A stretch of 64,000 nt of DNA from Alphaproteobacteria bacterium. GTDB taxonomy: Bacteria; Pseudomonadota; Alphaproteobacteria; Micavibrionales; UBA2020. Where the stretch lies: NCBI GenBank assembly GCA_965279315.1, contig OZ257145.1, forward strand, positions 1,485,536-1,549,535. Reading direction: 5' to 3'. This document shows positions 35,007 through 44,874 of this stretch, in pieces (positions within the stretch are counted from its first letter, which is position 1; each line of letters opens with the position of its first letter). The translations under genes and the position numbers were made by a program. Under the pieces are notes generated by a model, which ran no database searches, was not told where the DNA came from, and was given only the letters and a program-made list of their open reading frames with translations.

Positions 35007-36332
35007 TTGAACACCAGACCCACGCTGCTGGAGGGCGATCCGGGCGCGCATATCAGGCGCCTGACGCTTCCGCTTGCCTGGGGCATGCTGGCGATGACCA
35101 GTTTTTCGGTGTTCGATGCGTGGTTTATCTCGCGCCTTGGCACGCAATACCTGGCTGCGCTTGGGTTCACCATACCTGTCCTCATGTTTTTCATGGGCAT
35201 CGTGTTCGGCACATCGGTCGGCACGACATCGGTGATCGCGCGCGTCTATGGCGAGGGTGATTTTGAAAAAGTACGCCGTATGGCGACCGATGCGCTCAGC
35301 CTCACTTTCGTCAGCGTCATTGTGGCTGCGATTGCGGGCATGCTGTTCATCGATCCCATCTTCCGCATCATGGGCGCGACCGATGATTTGATGCCGCTGA
35401 TCCACCGTTACATGATGATCTGGTATTGCGGGTTGCCGTTCCTTGGCCTGCTGATGGTCGGGAATGCCTGCATCCGCGCGACGGGGGACACGCATTTCGT
35501 GTCGAAAATGATGACGCTGCTGGCTGTCAGCAACATCATCCTCGACCCGTTCTTTATTTTCGGCTGGGGGCCGTTCCCGGAATGGAAACTGGCGGGCGCG
35601 GCGGCGACGCTGGTCTGTTCCTATTACCTGACCTGCTGCGTGTCGATGTATTTCCTGATCTTTAAAAAGAAAATCCTCACGCATCCGATTATCCATCCCG
35701 GCCTGCTGAAATCATGGGGCAAGATTTTGCATGTGGCGGTGCCGTCGATCGTCAGCAACCAGATCGCGCCCATTTCCGCCGCCATCATCACATGGATGGC
35801 GGCGCAGTTCGGCAAGGAAGCGGTCGCGGCTTTGGGCGTCGCAACGCGTATCGAGAGCATGGCGACGCTGCTGTTCTATTCCATGGGTGCGGCGATTGCC
35901 ATTTTCACGGGCCAGAATTACGGCGCGGGCAATTACGGCCGCATCCAGCAGGCGACCGCCACGGGCGCGAAATATTCGATGGTCTGGGGCCTGGGCATTG
36001 CGGCGGGTTTGTGGATTTTCGCCTACCAGATCCCGACATTCTTTGATTCAAATGCGCAAGTCATCGCCTATACCGCGCAATACCTGCACTGGGTGCCGAT
36101 CAGCTACGGCGCGCTGGGCGTGCTGGTGGTGTCGAACGCCGCGCTGAACGCGATGGGCAAGCCGCTGCCCGCGACGACGCTCATCCTGCTCAAGACCTTC
36201 GTCATCTATGTGCCGCTCGCCTACCTGCTGCAGGCGAAGATGGGTTTCAGCGGCATCCTGGCCGCGCTGCTCGTCACCAACTTTATCCTCGGCATCGTGT
36301 CGTATTTCTGGAACAAAAAAATCGCATCCTGA
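35007..36332 (+). CDS. MATE-family efflux transporter
   Basis: 441 aa, 12 hydrophobic segments, MATE-like N-terminus (LTLPLAWGMLAMTSFSVFDAWFISRLG). TTG start. Confidence 0.85.
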   Translation: MNTRPTLLEGDPGAHIRRLTLPLAWGMLAMTSFSVFDAWFISRLGTQYLAALGFTIPVLMFFMGIVFGTSVGTTSVIARVYGEGDFEKVRRMATDALSLTFVSVIVAAIAGMLFIDPIFRIMGATDDLMPLIHRYMMIWYCGLPFLGLLMVGNACIRATGDTHFVSKMMTLLAVSNIILDPFFIFGWGPFPEWKLAGAAATLVCSYYLTCCVSMYFLIFKKKILTHPIIHPGLLKSWGKILHVAVPSIVSNQIAPISAAIITWMAAQFGKEAVAALGVATRIESMATLLFYSMGAAIAIFTGQNYGAGNYGRIQQATATGAKYSMVWGLGIAAGLWIFAYQIPTFFDSNAQVIAYTAQYLHWVPISYGALGVLVVSNAALNAMGKPLPATTLILLKTFVIYVPLAYLLQAKMGFSGILAALLVTNFILGIVSYFWNKKIAS

Positions 36333-36342
36333 CGGAGTTTCC

Positions 36343-36684
36343 ATGGACGTCGCCATCAAGACCATCGCACTTCTTTTTGCCTCCAACATCTTTATGACGT
36401 TTGCGTGGTACGGCCATTTGAAGCACAAGGAAACCGCGCTGTGGATCGTGATCCTGATCAGCTGGGGCATCGCGTTTTTTGAATATTGCCTGCAGGTGCC
36501 GGCGAACCGCATGGGTTCATCCATCTTCAACGCGGCGCAGCTGAAAACCATTCAGGAAATCATCACGCTGGTCGTGTTTTCAGGATTTTCGGTCTGGTAT
36601 TTGAACGAGCCGATCAAGTGGAATCACCTTGTCGGCTTTGCGCTGATCGTGGCGGCGGCGTTCTTTATCTTCAAGAAATGGTGA
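36343..36684 (+). CDS. Small DMT-superfamily membrane protein (DUF486-like)
   Basis: 113 aa from MDVAIKTIALLF. MTFAWYGHLK motif, 4 TM. Confidence 0.7.
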   Translation: MDVAIKTIALLFASNIFMTFAWYGHLKHKETALWIVILISWGIAFFEYCLQVPANRMGSSIFNAAQLKTIQEIITLVVFSGFSVWYLNEPIKWNHLVGFALIVAAAFFIFKKW

Positions 36685-36685
36685 T

Positions 36686-37312
36686 CTAGCGTTTCAGCGC
36701 AGGGCTTGCGGTGCTATCCGCAAATACCTTGGGCGCGTTCATCAATCCCCGTGCGGGTGGATTTTCGGCGGGCGTGAATTCCAGCGTCTTGCCCACCAGC
36801 CCGCCCAAGGTGATAACTTTTTTCCAGCCGCTGATGGCGTAGCCGCGGATTTTCAAATTTTTCTGGTCGCCCTGCGGCAGCTGGATGTCGAAACCGAATG
36901 CTTCCTTGCGTTGCTCGATCCAGATTTTTCCCTGCCAGCGGCCATTGCCCATGTTTTTCATGTCGCGCAGTTGTGCTTTGTACTCAAGCGCCTTTTCAAA
37001 ATCGGCGGGCGTCAGTTTCGCCTTGTCCTTGCTCACATAGCCCGCGACCAAATTACGCACCTTGTCATTATCGGGGTTGAGCGCGTGGATGCGGAACTGG
37101 ATGCCGGTTGAATCCGTCCACAGGTCGATCACGCCGTCGTAATCGGGATGTTTCCAGTAACTATGCGCGGTCTGCGGGATTGTCTGGACGATGCCTTGCG
37201 GTACGACAGCATTCTGCGCGCGCATCGGGCGCACCGATGCGGCAAGGAAACCCAAAGCCAACGCCGAGGTGGTGGCGAGGGTGGTGAATATCTTTGCACG
37301 CTTGCTTGTCAT
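36686..37312 (-). CDS. Secreted hypothetical protein, possibly DUF2147-like
   Basis: 208 aa. Signal peptide ..LAASVRPMRAQN. GRWQGKIW...LKIRGYAISGWKK resembles DUF2147 (weak, from memory). Confidence 0.45.
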   Translation of the reverse strand: MTSKRAKIFTTLATTSALALGFLAASVRPMRAQNAVVPQGIVQTIPQTAHSYWKHPDYDGVIDLWTDSTGIQFRIHALNPDNDKVRNLVAGYVSKDKAKLTPADFEKALEYKAQLRDMKNMGNGRWQGKIWIEQRKEAFGFDIQLPQGDQKNLKIRGYAISGWKKVITLGGLVGKTLEFTPAENPPARGLMNAPKVFADSTASPALKR

Positions 37313-37369
37313 AACCGTGAATATAAGGCGAGGAAGATGATGCCGTCAAACGGAATATATCACACTGAT

Positions 37370-38623
37370 TTAACTGCCGAATTTCCGCTGGCTGTCATAG
37401 CCGAGGCCAAGCGCGACGGAGGACAGCTTGTTCTCCTCCGACAACACCGCATTCGGGAAGCGCGAACAGACGGCCTGTTTCAGCAGCGGCGTTTCGGTCG
37501 GCCCGCCGGTGAGGATGATGATTTCGATGTCGTCATCGCTCAACCCCGCGGTCGCCAGACATTCCGTGATCGATTCAGAAATCCGGTCCACATGGCTGGT
37601 GATTGCGGTGTTAAAAATCTCGCGCTGCACATCCAGCTTGAATGCGTTCTCGATAAAGCCCAGTTCAGCCGTGGTGCTGTCGCTGCCCGTCAGGTCGATC
37701 TTGGCGGCTTCGACCGATGACAGGATGCGATGGCCGAGTTCATGCTCGAGCGCATTGACGAAACGGCCAAAGCGTTTCGGCGCGTGCGATTCCGACAGGA
37801 TATCGCGCATGTCCTTTTTCACCTTCGGCGTATAGAGGAAATTTACCTTCGACCATTCCGACATATCATGGAACGGCGACAGCGGCACGTCGAAACGCTT
37901 CTCGCCATAGGTGCTGCGATAGCCGAAGGCGGGCATGAAACTGGAGAGGCTTAAAGATTTATCAAAATCATTGCCGCCGATGCGCACGCCCGAATGGCCG
38001 AGGATGTCCTGGCTGCGGTCGGCGCGGTTGATGTATTTTTGCGATACCTTGATGACCGTAAAATCCGACGTGCCGCCGCCGATATCCGCGACAAGGGCGC
38101 GTTTCTCGCCCGTCACTTTCACTTCATGCGCAAAGGCCGCCGCGACGGGTTCATATTGGAACGCGATATGTTTGAAGCCCGCCGCCGCTGCGATGCGCTG
38201 CAATTCGCCTTCCGCGCGCGCGTCGCCTGCGGGGTCGCCATCGATGAAATGGACGGGGCGGCCCATCACGGCATGGGTCAGTTCGTGGTTCAGCTGTTTT
38301 TCGGCGGTCGATTTGATATGGCCGATGAAATGACCGATGATGCCGTCGAAAGCGCGCATGCGGCCGTTCACCAGCGTGCCCTGATTCATCAGGCTGGTCC
38401 CGAGGATGCGCTTGAGGCTCCGCATAAAACGGCCTTCTTCCCCTTCAAAAAACAGTTTCTGCGCAGCACGGCCAAACGCGGGCAGGGGCGATGTGGCGGG
38501 ATAGAAAATCGCGCTCGGCAGCGTGTCGGCATCGCCCTCGACCTTCAGCAGGCGCGCGCCATCCTTATCGCCCAGTGCAATCGCAGAATTCGACGTGCCG
38601 AAATCGATGCCGCAGGGATGCAT
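37370..38623 (-). CDS. Hsp70-family protein (YegD-like putative chaperone)
   Basis: 417 aa. CGIDFGTSNSAIA phosphate-1 motif, ALVADIGGGTSDFTV phosphate-2 motif. No substrate-binding domain. Confidence 0.85.
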   Translation of the reverse strand: MHPCGIDFGTSNSAIALGDKDGARLLKVEGDADTLPSAIFYPATSPLPAFGRAAQKLFFEGEEGRFMRSLKRILGTSLMNQGTLVNGRMRAFDGIIGHFIGHIKSTAEKQLNHELTHAVMGRPVHFIDGDPAGDARAEGELQRIAAAAGFKHIAFQYEPVAAAFAHEVKVTGEKRALVADIGGGTSDFTVIKVSQKYINRADRSQDILGHSGVRIGGNDFDKSLSLSSFMPAFGYRSTYGEKRFDVPLSPFHDMSEWSKVNFLYTPKVKKDMRDILSESHAPKRFGRFVNALEHELGHRILSSVEAAKIDLTGSDSTTAELGFIENAFKLDVQREIFNTAITSHVDRISESITECLATAGLSDDDIEIIILTGGPTETPLLKQAVCSRFPNAVLSEENKLSSVALGLGYDSQRKFGS

Positions 38624-38676
38624 ATGCCACCTTTTGGGAAAGCGATGTTTTTATATCGTTCAGTCGTTGATTGCAA

Positions 38677-38710
38677 GAAAAACCCCGCTACTTTGCGGCA
38701 GCGGGGTTTT
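38677..38710 (-). terminator. Rho-independent terminator after the agmatinase-like gene
   Basis: CCCCGCT / AGCGGGG stem (38683-38706), followed by T5 on the minus strand. Confidence 0.6.
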
Positions 38711-38733
38711 AAGGCGTTATAATTGCGGCAGAA

Positions 38734-39651
38734 TTACGCGATCTTTTTCGTGCGCGTCTTGATCTTCTTCGCAAGGAAGGCATAGCTCATGATTTTATAG
38801 GCAAGCTTGGCGGCGAGGAAGTCGCAGCCATGCATGTTGGGCTTGGGCGCCAGTTCGTTCACATCCGCGCCGATGAAGGTCGAGACCTTTGCGACTTCGC
38901 GGATAATGTTGACCGCGTCATCCCAGAACAGCCCGCCCGGTTCAGGTGTGCCGGTTGCGGGGATCATGCTGGCATCGAAGGCGTCGATGTCGAAGGTGAC
39001 ATAGACGTTCTTGCCCTTGAAGTTGCGCACGATCTCCTTCATGTCCCACAGGTGCTTTTCGCGCGCCCAGTAGATTTTCAGGCGCTTTTTGTTCTTTTCC
39101 AGGAACGGGATTTCGCCGGAGGAAATGTTGCGGATGCCGAAGGAATAGACGCTGACATTCGCGGGGTCCATCGTGCGGCAGATGGCGGAGGCGTGGGAAT
39201 AATGTTCGCCATGGTATCCGTCGCGCAAATCGGCATGCGCGTCGAAATGCAATACCGCCACATCCTTGAAATTGCGCGCATAGGGGCGGATCGCGCCTGC
39301 CGTGATCGAATGTTCGCCGCCGAAGACGAAGGGGAATTTGCCCATCGCCAGCACTTCTTCCACCTGCGCGTCCAGCTGTTCCAGCGCGGTCTCGACCGAT
39401 TTGGAAATTTTCACAGGCTTGGCGGTGACCACGCCGTATTCGCGGAACGGCTCGCTCCAGAATTCGTCGTCGAACAGCTCGACCTGATGTGATGCGTTGA
39501 TCATCGCGGCGGGGCCTTTCGACGTGCCACCGCCATAGGACACCGAAGCCTCGAGGCCGAAGGGGATGACGACGACCTGCGCGTTATCGACGCTGAAAGC
39601 ATCCGCTTTCTCAAGGCCGAGGAAGCCGTCGGCGGGTTTCATGAACTGCAT
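38734..39651 (-). CDS. Agmatinase / ureohydrolase (SpeB family)
   Basis: 305 aa from MQFMKPADGF (AGGA 9 nt upstream). Mn-site motifs GGEHSIT, HFDAHADL, TFDIDAFDASMIPATGTPEPGG. Confidence 0.85.
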   Translation of the reverse strand: MQFMKPADGFLGLEKADAFSVDNAQVVVIPFGLEASVSYGGGTSKGPAAMINASHQVELFDDEFWSEPFREYGVVTAKPVKISKSVETALEQLDAQVEEVLAMGKFPFVFGGEHSITAGAIRPYARNFKDVAVLHFDAHADLRDGYHGEHYSHASAICRTMDPANVSVYSFGIRNISSGEIPFLEKNKKRLKIYWAREKHLWDMKEIVRNFKGKNVYVTFDIDAFDASMIPATGTPEPGGLFWDDAVNIIREVAKVSTFIGADVNELAPKPNMHGCDFLAAKLAYKIMSYAFLAKKIKTRTKKIA

Positions 39652-39652
39652 C

Positions 39653-40276
39653 TTAAAATTCCTTTCGGTTGCCTTTGTCATTTTTTTGCGCGAGCCAGAC
39701 GGTGCGGCCGCCGCAATCGGTATCTGTCAGGTTTAGGACAATAACGCTAAATCCGTTGTTTTCAAGCAGCGTTTTATATTCGTCCACGGAAAGGCTGGCA
39801 TGGTGGATGTCATGCCCCTCCATGCTGCCATAGATTTCGCCATCTTCCGTTCCGGTATTGAACAGCAGCACTGCGCCATCGGCGGCATGCGCGGCGAAAG
39901 TGGCGAACATGGCGCGCTGGTCGTCGCGGGTCAGGTGGAAAAAACTGTCCCAAGCGAGGATGGCATCGTATTTTGCGCCCAAAGCGGTTTTGCGGATATC
40001 GCCCACCTGCCAGTCATGGCCGGGGAAGCGTGATTGCGCGAGTTCAATCATGCGCGGCGCGATATCGATGCCGGCCACCTTGAAACCGTTCGCGATAAAA
40101 AACGCCGCCATCGGCTCCGCACTGCCGCAGCCGAGGTCCAGCAGGCGGCCTTCGGGCTTTGCGAGCTTCAGCACATGGTCGAGGTATTTCCTCTCGATCA
40201 GCGTCTTGTTGCGCGCATTGTCGAACCAGTCGGCGATCTGCTGGTATTGCGCGGCGACTTCGGTATTGCGGGTCAT
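39653..40276 (-). CDS. Class I SAM-dependent methyltransferase
   Basis: 207 aa. Motif I LLDLGCGSAE, post-I GIDIAPRM. Confidence 0.8.
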   Translation of the reverse strand: MTRNTEVAAQYQQIADWFDNARNKTLIERKYLDHVLKLAKPEGRLLDLGCGSAEPMAAFFIANGFKVAGIDIAPRMIELAQSRFPGHDWQVGDIRKTALGAKYDAILAWDSFFHLTRDDQRAMFATFAAHAADGAVLLFNTGTEDGEIYGSMEGHDIHHASLSVDEYKTLLENNGFSVIVLNLTDTDCGGRTVWLAQKNDKGNRKEF

Positions 40277-40698
40277 TCTTCGATCATGCCGCTGCCCGCC
40301 GAAATGGCAAGGAAGGCGTCGCGGTCGATGTTCACATGGGGGCCGAGGTCATAGGTGTCGAGATCCTCGATCGGCACCCAGACGAATTCCGAATGTTCCG
40401 GCGTCAGCTTGACGTTTTCGCCGAGCGGGCGGCAGAGATAGGCGAGGTTGAGCAGCGGCTGCCCCTCGCGCTTGCCGGTGCGGGCGTTAAAAATCTGCAT
40501 CACGTCGATTTTCAGGCCGGTTTCTTCCTTGTATTCGCGGGCGAGCGCCACTTCGGGCGCTTCGCCATGCTCGACGCCGCCGCCGCAGAATTCCCAGCCG
40601 ATAAATTCCGATCCGGGTGCGGGCGCGCGTTTCAGCAGCAATACCTGACCTTCGTCGTTCATCAATACGCCAAGGGCGCGGACATTGAATTGAGCCAT
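40273..40698 (-). CDS. NUDIX hydrolase
   Basis: 141 aa. Complete Nudix box GGGVEHGEAPEVALAREYKEETGL. Overlaps the methyltransferase start by 4 nt. Confidence 0.85.
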   Translation of the reverse strand: MAQFNVRALGVLMNDEGQVLLLKRAPAPGSEFIGWEFCGGGVEHGEAPEVALAREYKEETGLKIDVMQIFNARTGKREGQPLLNLAYLCRPLGENVKLTPEHSEFVWVPIEDLDTYDLGPHVNIDRDAFLAISAGSGMIEE

Positions 40699-40712
40699 CT
40701 TAATATTCCTTC

Positions 40713-40755
40713 AAAAAGATTTCCGGCCGGGGCTTTTAAGGGCTCCGGCCGGAAA
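40713..40755 (-). terminator. Terminator/attenuator-like hairpin between the DHS-like and NUDIX genes
   Basis: TTTCCGGCCGG / CCGGCCGGAAA stem, followed by T5 on the minus strand, 16 nt after the DHS-like stop. Confidence 0.45.
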
Positions 40756-40770
40756 ATTTCATTCACGCGC

Positions 40771-41838
40771 TTACTTGAACAGCTTGTTCCAGTTGCGGCG
40801 CGGGCGTTTTTTCCAGTAGCCGCGATGGTAAGCGTCGGATGCCAGCAGCGGCATGACCGAGCCTGCTTCCGCGAACACCATCTGTTCCAGTGCAACGTCC
40901 ACTTTGCCCCAGCTGCACGCTTCCTTCAGCGTGGAGGAGGAGCAGGCGCCGTCGCGCACGTCGGCGATGGTGATCTGGACCGCGTATTTGTGCATATCGA
41001 CATCCTTGTGGCCGAGGATCTCAGCGCAGACAACGGTGTCCTGCGTGAAGTTCTTGGGCACGCCGCCGCCGATCATCAGCAGGCCGGTGGTGCCGGCCGC
41101 GATTTTCACGTCGGTCAGTTCGCGGAAATCCGCAACCGCGTCGATGCACATATAGTTCTTCGGGTTTTTCTTCTGGTGCAGCACAAGGCCGAAACCGGCG
41201 GAAGAATCCACGAATGCCGGGCAGAAGATCGGCACGCCGTGCTCATAGCACGCCGCGATCAGCGAGTTTTTCTTCTTCGCTTTTTTCACCAGGTACTTGC
41301 CCATTTCCCAGATGAATTCGCGCGACGAATAGGGGCGGCGCTCGAGGCCTTGCGCGATTTCGAAGATCGTGTGGTCAACGGCCTGCAGGTCTTCTTCATC
41401 GATGTATGTGTCGTAAATGCGGTCGATATAGAGGTCGCGCAGCTCGCGGTCATCAACCTGGCTATCTGCACGGTAATGCTTGAAGCCGAGCGCTTCAAAG
41501 AAGTCCATGTCCACGATGGATGCGCCGGTTGCGACGATCACGTCGACCATGTTGCTCTTGACCATTTCCGTGTACAGGTCCATGCAGCCGCCGGCCGAGG
41601 TGGAGCCCGCGAGCGTCAGGATGGATGTCGCGCCCTTGTCCTGCAGCATGGTGTTGAAAATGTCGGTCGCGCGCGATAGGTCGCGCGAGGTGAAGGACAT
41701 TTTGCCCATGCCGTCGATGATCGGGCGTGCATCGAATTTCTTGATGTCGATATGCTCGATCGGGGTATTCAGCAACGCCGCTTTGCGGTTGCTTTTCGGG
41801 TGGGGCTTGGCTTTCACGGCTTTCAGGTTGCTTTTCAT
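40771..41838 (-). CDS. Deoxyhypusine synthase-family protein (bacterial DHS-like, candidate homospermidine-type synthase)
   Basis: 355 aa, DHS-like throughout (ILTLAGSTSAGG, DVIVATGASIVDMD, MIGGGVPKNF, VQITIADVRDGACSSSTLKEACSWGK). Confidence 0.85.
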   Translation of the reverse strand: MKSNLKAVKAKPHPKSNRKAALLNTPIEHIDIKKFDARPIIDGMGKMSFTSRDLSRATDIFNTMLQDKGATSILTLAGSTSAGGCMDLYTEMVKSNMVDVIVATGASIVDMDFFEALGFKHYRADSQVDDRELRDLYIDRIYDTYIDEEDLQAVDHTIFEIAQGLERRPYSSREFIWEMGKYLVKKAKKKNSLIAACYEHGVPIFCPAFVDSSAGFGLVLHQKKNPKNYMCIDAVADFRELTDVKIAAGTTGLLMIGGGVPKNFTQDTVVCAEILGHKDVDMHKYAVQITIADVRDGACSSSTLKEACSWGKVDVALEQMVFAEAGSVMPLLASDAYHRGYWKKRPRRNWNKLFK

Positions 41839-41940
41839 GTTCGTAGTCCTTTTTTATCAATCTGCCCTGCGCGTTTCAGGCCGCTCCTGTTGCAAGGAGT
41901 GGCCCGAAATGGGTTTTACGCGGTCAATTTGTGGCGAAAA

Positions 41941-43140
41941 TTATCCCGTCACGCAGAGTTCGTTTGAATCCGTCGTTTCCAGCGCGTCATCGTAGAGCGT
42001 GACCAGCGGCGGGGCCTTGACGGACACGACTTCATGGGCGGAAAAGCCGTTGAAGTCGGTACGCATGGTGTTCCCATAGGCGCCGAGCTGGCCGATCTCG
42101 ATGTAATCCCCTTCCCGGACGTCTTCCGGCAGGTAAAAGGGGCCAGGCATATAATCAATGCTGTCGCAGGTGGGCCCGTAGAAACGGAAACCCTTGTGCG
42201 GCGCACTGGTGCCTCCCGGCGTCGGACGGATGAGACGAACCGGGTAACGGAAACCCAGGTGGCCTGCGTCGAACAGGCTGCCATAGGTTCCATCATTAAT
42301 GTAAAGGACATCGTCCTTGCGAAGTTCAACCTGCACGACGACCGAGGCGCTTTCCGCGACAAGCGCGCGGCCGGGCTCGCACCAGAACTCGTAGCGGTCC
42401 GGGTGGGGCAGGGTGTTGAAGCCCTGGTCGATGGCGGTTTTGTAGTCGGCAAGCGCAGGGGGCGCCATGTCGGGATAGATCGACGGGAAGCCGCCGCCGA
42501 TATCGATGACATCGACGCGGGTGCGCGGGATTGCGCGCAGGATGCCACCCACGATGTTCAGTGCCGCCACATATGCGGCAGGGTCCATGGTTTGCGAACC
42601 CACATGGAAGCAGATGCCCAGCTTGCGCGACAGCTTGCGCGCCATTTTCAGGATCTCCGGCGCCTTTTCAGGCAGGCAGCCGAACTTGCCCGCGAGCGGC
42701 AGCTCCGACGAGGTATTAGGGACGGCGAGGCGCAGGTACAGGCCGAGGTCTTTCGACTTGCCGGTGCAGGCGACGATCTTTTCCAGCTCCTCGACCGAGT
42801 CAAAGGAGAAGTCGCGGACGCCGAAATCGAAATACGCCTGTTCGATGGCATGGCGGCTTTTCACCGGATGCATGAACGCGATGTGGGAGCCGGGCGCAAT
42901 CTCGTTCACCAGCTGGATTTCGGGGATGGAGGCCGCGTCAAAGTGCTTGATGCCCGCATCGCGCAAACCGGCCAGCACGTATTTGGCAGGGTTCGCCTTG
43001 ACGGCGTACAGCACATGGCCGGGGAAATTCTCGAGGAACCACTTGGCAGAGGTTTCAAGCGAAGCCGGACGGAAACAGGTAACGGGAATATTGGGACGTC
43101 GCTGGCGGACTACGTCTTCGGGGCCTTCGTATTTTTCCAT
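41941..43140 (-). CDS. Type III PLP-dependent ornithine/lysine decarboxylase (Orn/DAP/Arg decarboxylase family 2)
   Basis: 399 aa. PLP-Lys motif VLYAVKANP, DIGGGFP, CEPGRALV, GPTCDSID. Confidence 0.85.
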   Translation of the reverse strand: MEKYEGPEDVVRQRRPNIPVTCFRPASLETSAKWFLENFPGHVLYAVKANPAKYVLAGLRDAGIKHFDAASIPEIQLVNEIAPGSHIAFMHPVKSRHAIEQAYFDFGVRDFSFDSVEELEKIVACTGKSKDLGLYLRLAVPNTSSELPLAGKFGCLPEKAPEILKMARKLSRKLGICFHVGSQTMDPAAYVAALNIVGGILRAIPRTRVDVIDIGGGFPSIYPDMAPPALADYKTAIDQGFNTLPHPDRYEFWCEPGRALVAESASVVVQVELRKDDVLYINDGTYGSLFDAGHLGFRYPVRLIRPTPGGTSAPHKGFRFYGPTCDSIDYMPGPFYLPEDVREGDYIEIGQLGAYGNTMRTDFNGFSAHEVVSVKAPPLVTLYDDALETTDSNELCVTG

Positions 43141-43296
43141 TCCATGAAACCCTCCTGGGGGCTTTCATGAGATAACCGCACGCGAATCGTTCGCTGCCGT
43201 GCCCTCATAATTAACGTTATAGGTTGATTCGATTCAATGTAAAGAATTTTTGAAATATCAGCGGCTTTGGGGCTTTCACATCGTGTTACAAAATCT

Positions 43297-44874
43297 TCAC
43301 GATGCCGGTTTTGGCTGCATCGGGCGCGGTAGTGGAACCATGATCGTGCGCGGGATGTTCTTGAGCGCGGGCTCGACCGCCGCGATGTCGACGCCGTGGC
43401 GCGCATTGGCCGCAACATAGTCGATTTTCCGCACATCGGTGATAAAAGTCTGCTGCAGCTTGGTCATCAGCACGGGCAGGGCGGCGTTGTCGGGCTGCAG
43501 CTTGATGCCGTCCATCAGCGCGGTCTGCAGCGCGCCATAGGCGCCGATCATGGTCTGGGGCGTGATCTTGCCATAGAGGGCGAAAGCGCGCTCCTGCAGC
43601 ATGGCGCTGGCGTTCCAGGCGCGCACCCTGGCCAGCCCCGCCTTTTCCTTGTCGGTCAGCGGGGCGTCGCCCTGCGGGCCGCGCTTGGCGGCCTGTTCGG
43701 CGGCAGTGACGGTGCGGCGGAATTCCTGCGCGCGGATGAAATCGGGGTCGGCACCGGCCAAAATCTTCAGGGTGCGGAGCTGCGCAGGCGTCTTCGCATC
43801 CTCCAGCATGACGGTATAGCCCACGATGCTGCCGGTCAGTTCCTTGGCGTCCATGATTTTAAAGTAAAACGCCTGCGCCTGGCTGTCGTTCATGGCGCGG
43901 AAGGCGGGCAGGCCCATTTTCACAATCTGGCTTTTCATCTCCGCCAGCACGGGCGGGGAGAAGTGGAGCGGGTCGCCCACCAGCTTTTTCCGCCAGTCCG
44001 ACACCGCGTCGATGGCGGTCAGGTCGGCCTTGCCCGCGCGGATCAGGTCGCCGATCCCGCCCACATCCGCCAGCGCCTCCTTGTTGTACCGCAGGGCGAT
44101 AAATTCCCGCACGGTCGCGCTGTTGCGGGCGGCGTTGGGCTTTTTCAGTTCCTTGTCCATCGCGTCCTCGTCAAACCCCTGCATCGGGTAGCGGGAGTCG
44201 AGGCAATGCCAGGATTCATGCGTGTTCACAAAGGCGATTTTCTGCTGGAGCGTCATGCCCGGCATGGTGAAGGGCAGGGCATGGCCGGAGGACGGGACGA
44301 TCACGCAAGCCTCGCCCGCCGCACCCGTCTGGTTGAGGAAGGCGGCAGGGTTCTGGGTTTTCACGAGGCCGAAGGCGAATTTGTGGAAGTTCGCCATGTT
44401 CCCCGCCACGATGCGTGCACGGCTGGGCTCGAACTCCACATTTTGCTCCCCCAGCATCATCTGGACGATGGCAACGGCGGGCAGCCCCAGCGCGGTGCCG
44501 GCATCGAAACGGGCGGGGTCGAGCACCACGGCGCGGTCATGCAGCCCGTGCATGTGCTGGAGGCTCAAGGTCAGGCGTTCGCTGAAGACGTTCAGGTCGC
44601 GGGAATAGGTGTCGCCGGTCTGGATTTTGGATGCCATGAATTCGGTGCGGGCGGCGTCGATCAGGGCGATCCGCACCTCCATGCTGTATTCCAGCGCGCG
44701 CAGGTCGGGCGGGGCGGTTTCGGTCACGGCAGCCGTATTGCCGTTCGGGGCGGCAGGCGCGCCGGTTTGCGCGACGGCAGGCGTCATCCCGCCCAGCAAG
44801 ATGGTCGTCAGCGCGGTCGATGCCGCGAATTTTCGCCAGACGCCCGACAGCGTGCCTTTGCGGGTGAGGCTCAT
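43297..44874 (-). CDS. Exported hypothetical protein with an HExxH motif, paralogue A
   Basis: 525 aa. Signal-like ..ASTALTTILLGGMTPAVAQT. ACVIVPSSGHAL, FVNTHESWHCLD, YNKEALADVGGIGDLIR. Aligns end-to-end with the upstream gene. Confidence 0.6.
   Translation of the reverse strand: MSLTRKGTLSGVWRKFAASTALTTILLGGMTPAVAQTGAPAAPNGNTAAVTETAPPDLRALEYSMEVRIALIDAARTEFMASKIQTGDTYSRDLNVFSERLTLSLQHMHGLHDRAVVLDPARFDAGTALGLPAVAIVQMMLGEQNVEFEPSRARIVAGNMANFHKFAFGLVKTQNPAAFLNQTGAAGEACVIVPSSGHALPFTMPGMTLQQKIAFVNTHESWHCLDSRYPMQGFDEDAMDKELKKPNAARNSATVREFIALRYNKEALADVGGIGDLIRAGKADLTAIDAVSDWRKKLVGDPLHFSPPVLAEMKSQIVKMGLPAFRAMNDSQAQAFYFKIMDAKELTGSIVGYTVMLEDAKTPAQLRTLKILAGADPDFIRAQEFRRTVTAAEQAAKRGPQGDAPLTDKEKAGLARVRAWNASAMLQERAFALYGKITPQTMIGAYGALQTALMDGIKLQPDNAALPVLMTKLQQTFITDVRKIDYVAANARHGVDIAAVEPALKNIPRTIMVPLPRPMQPKPAS

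Noticed and set aside
43141-43175. Imperfect inverted repeat CATGAAACCC-TCCT-GGGGGCTTTCATG overlapping the SD and start of the ODC-like gene, considered as a translational riboregulator.
   Set aside because: The stem is imperfect, the element is short, and I have no covariation evidence. It could be chance complementarity around an AGGAGGG SD.
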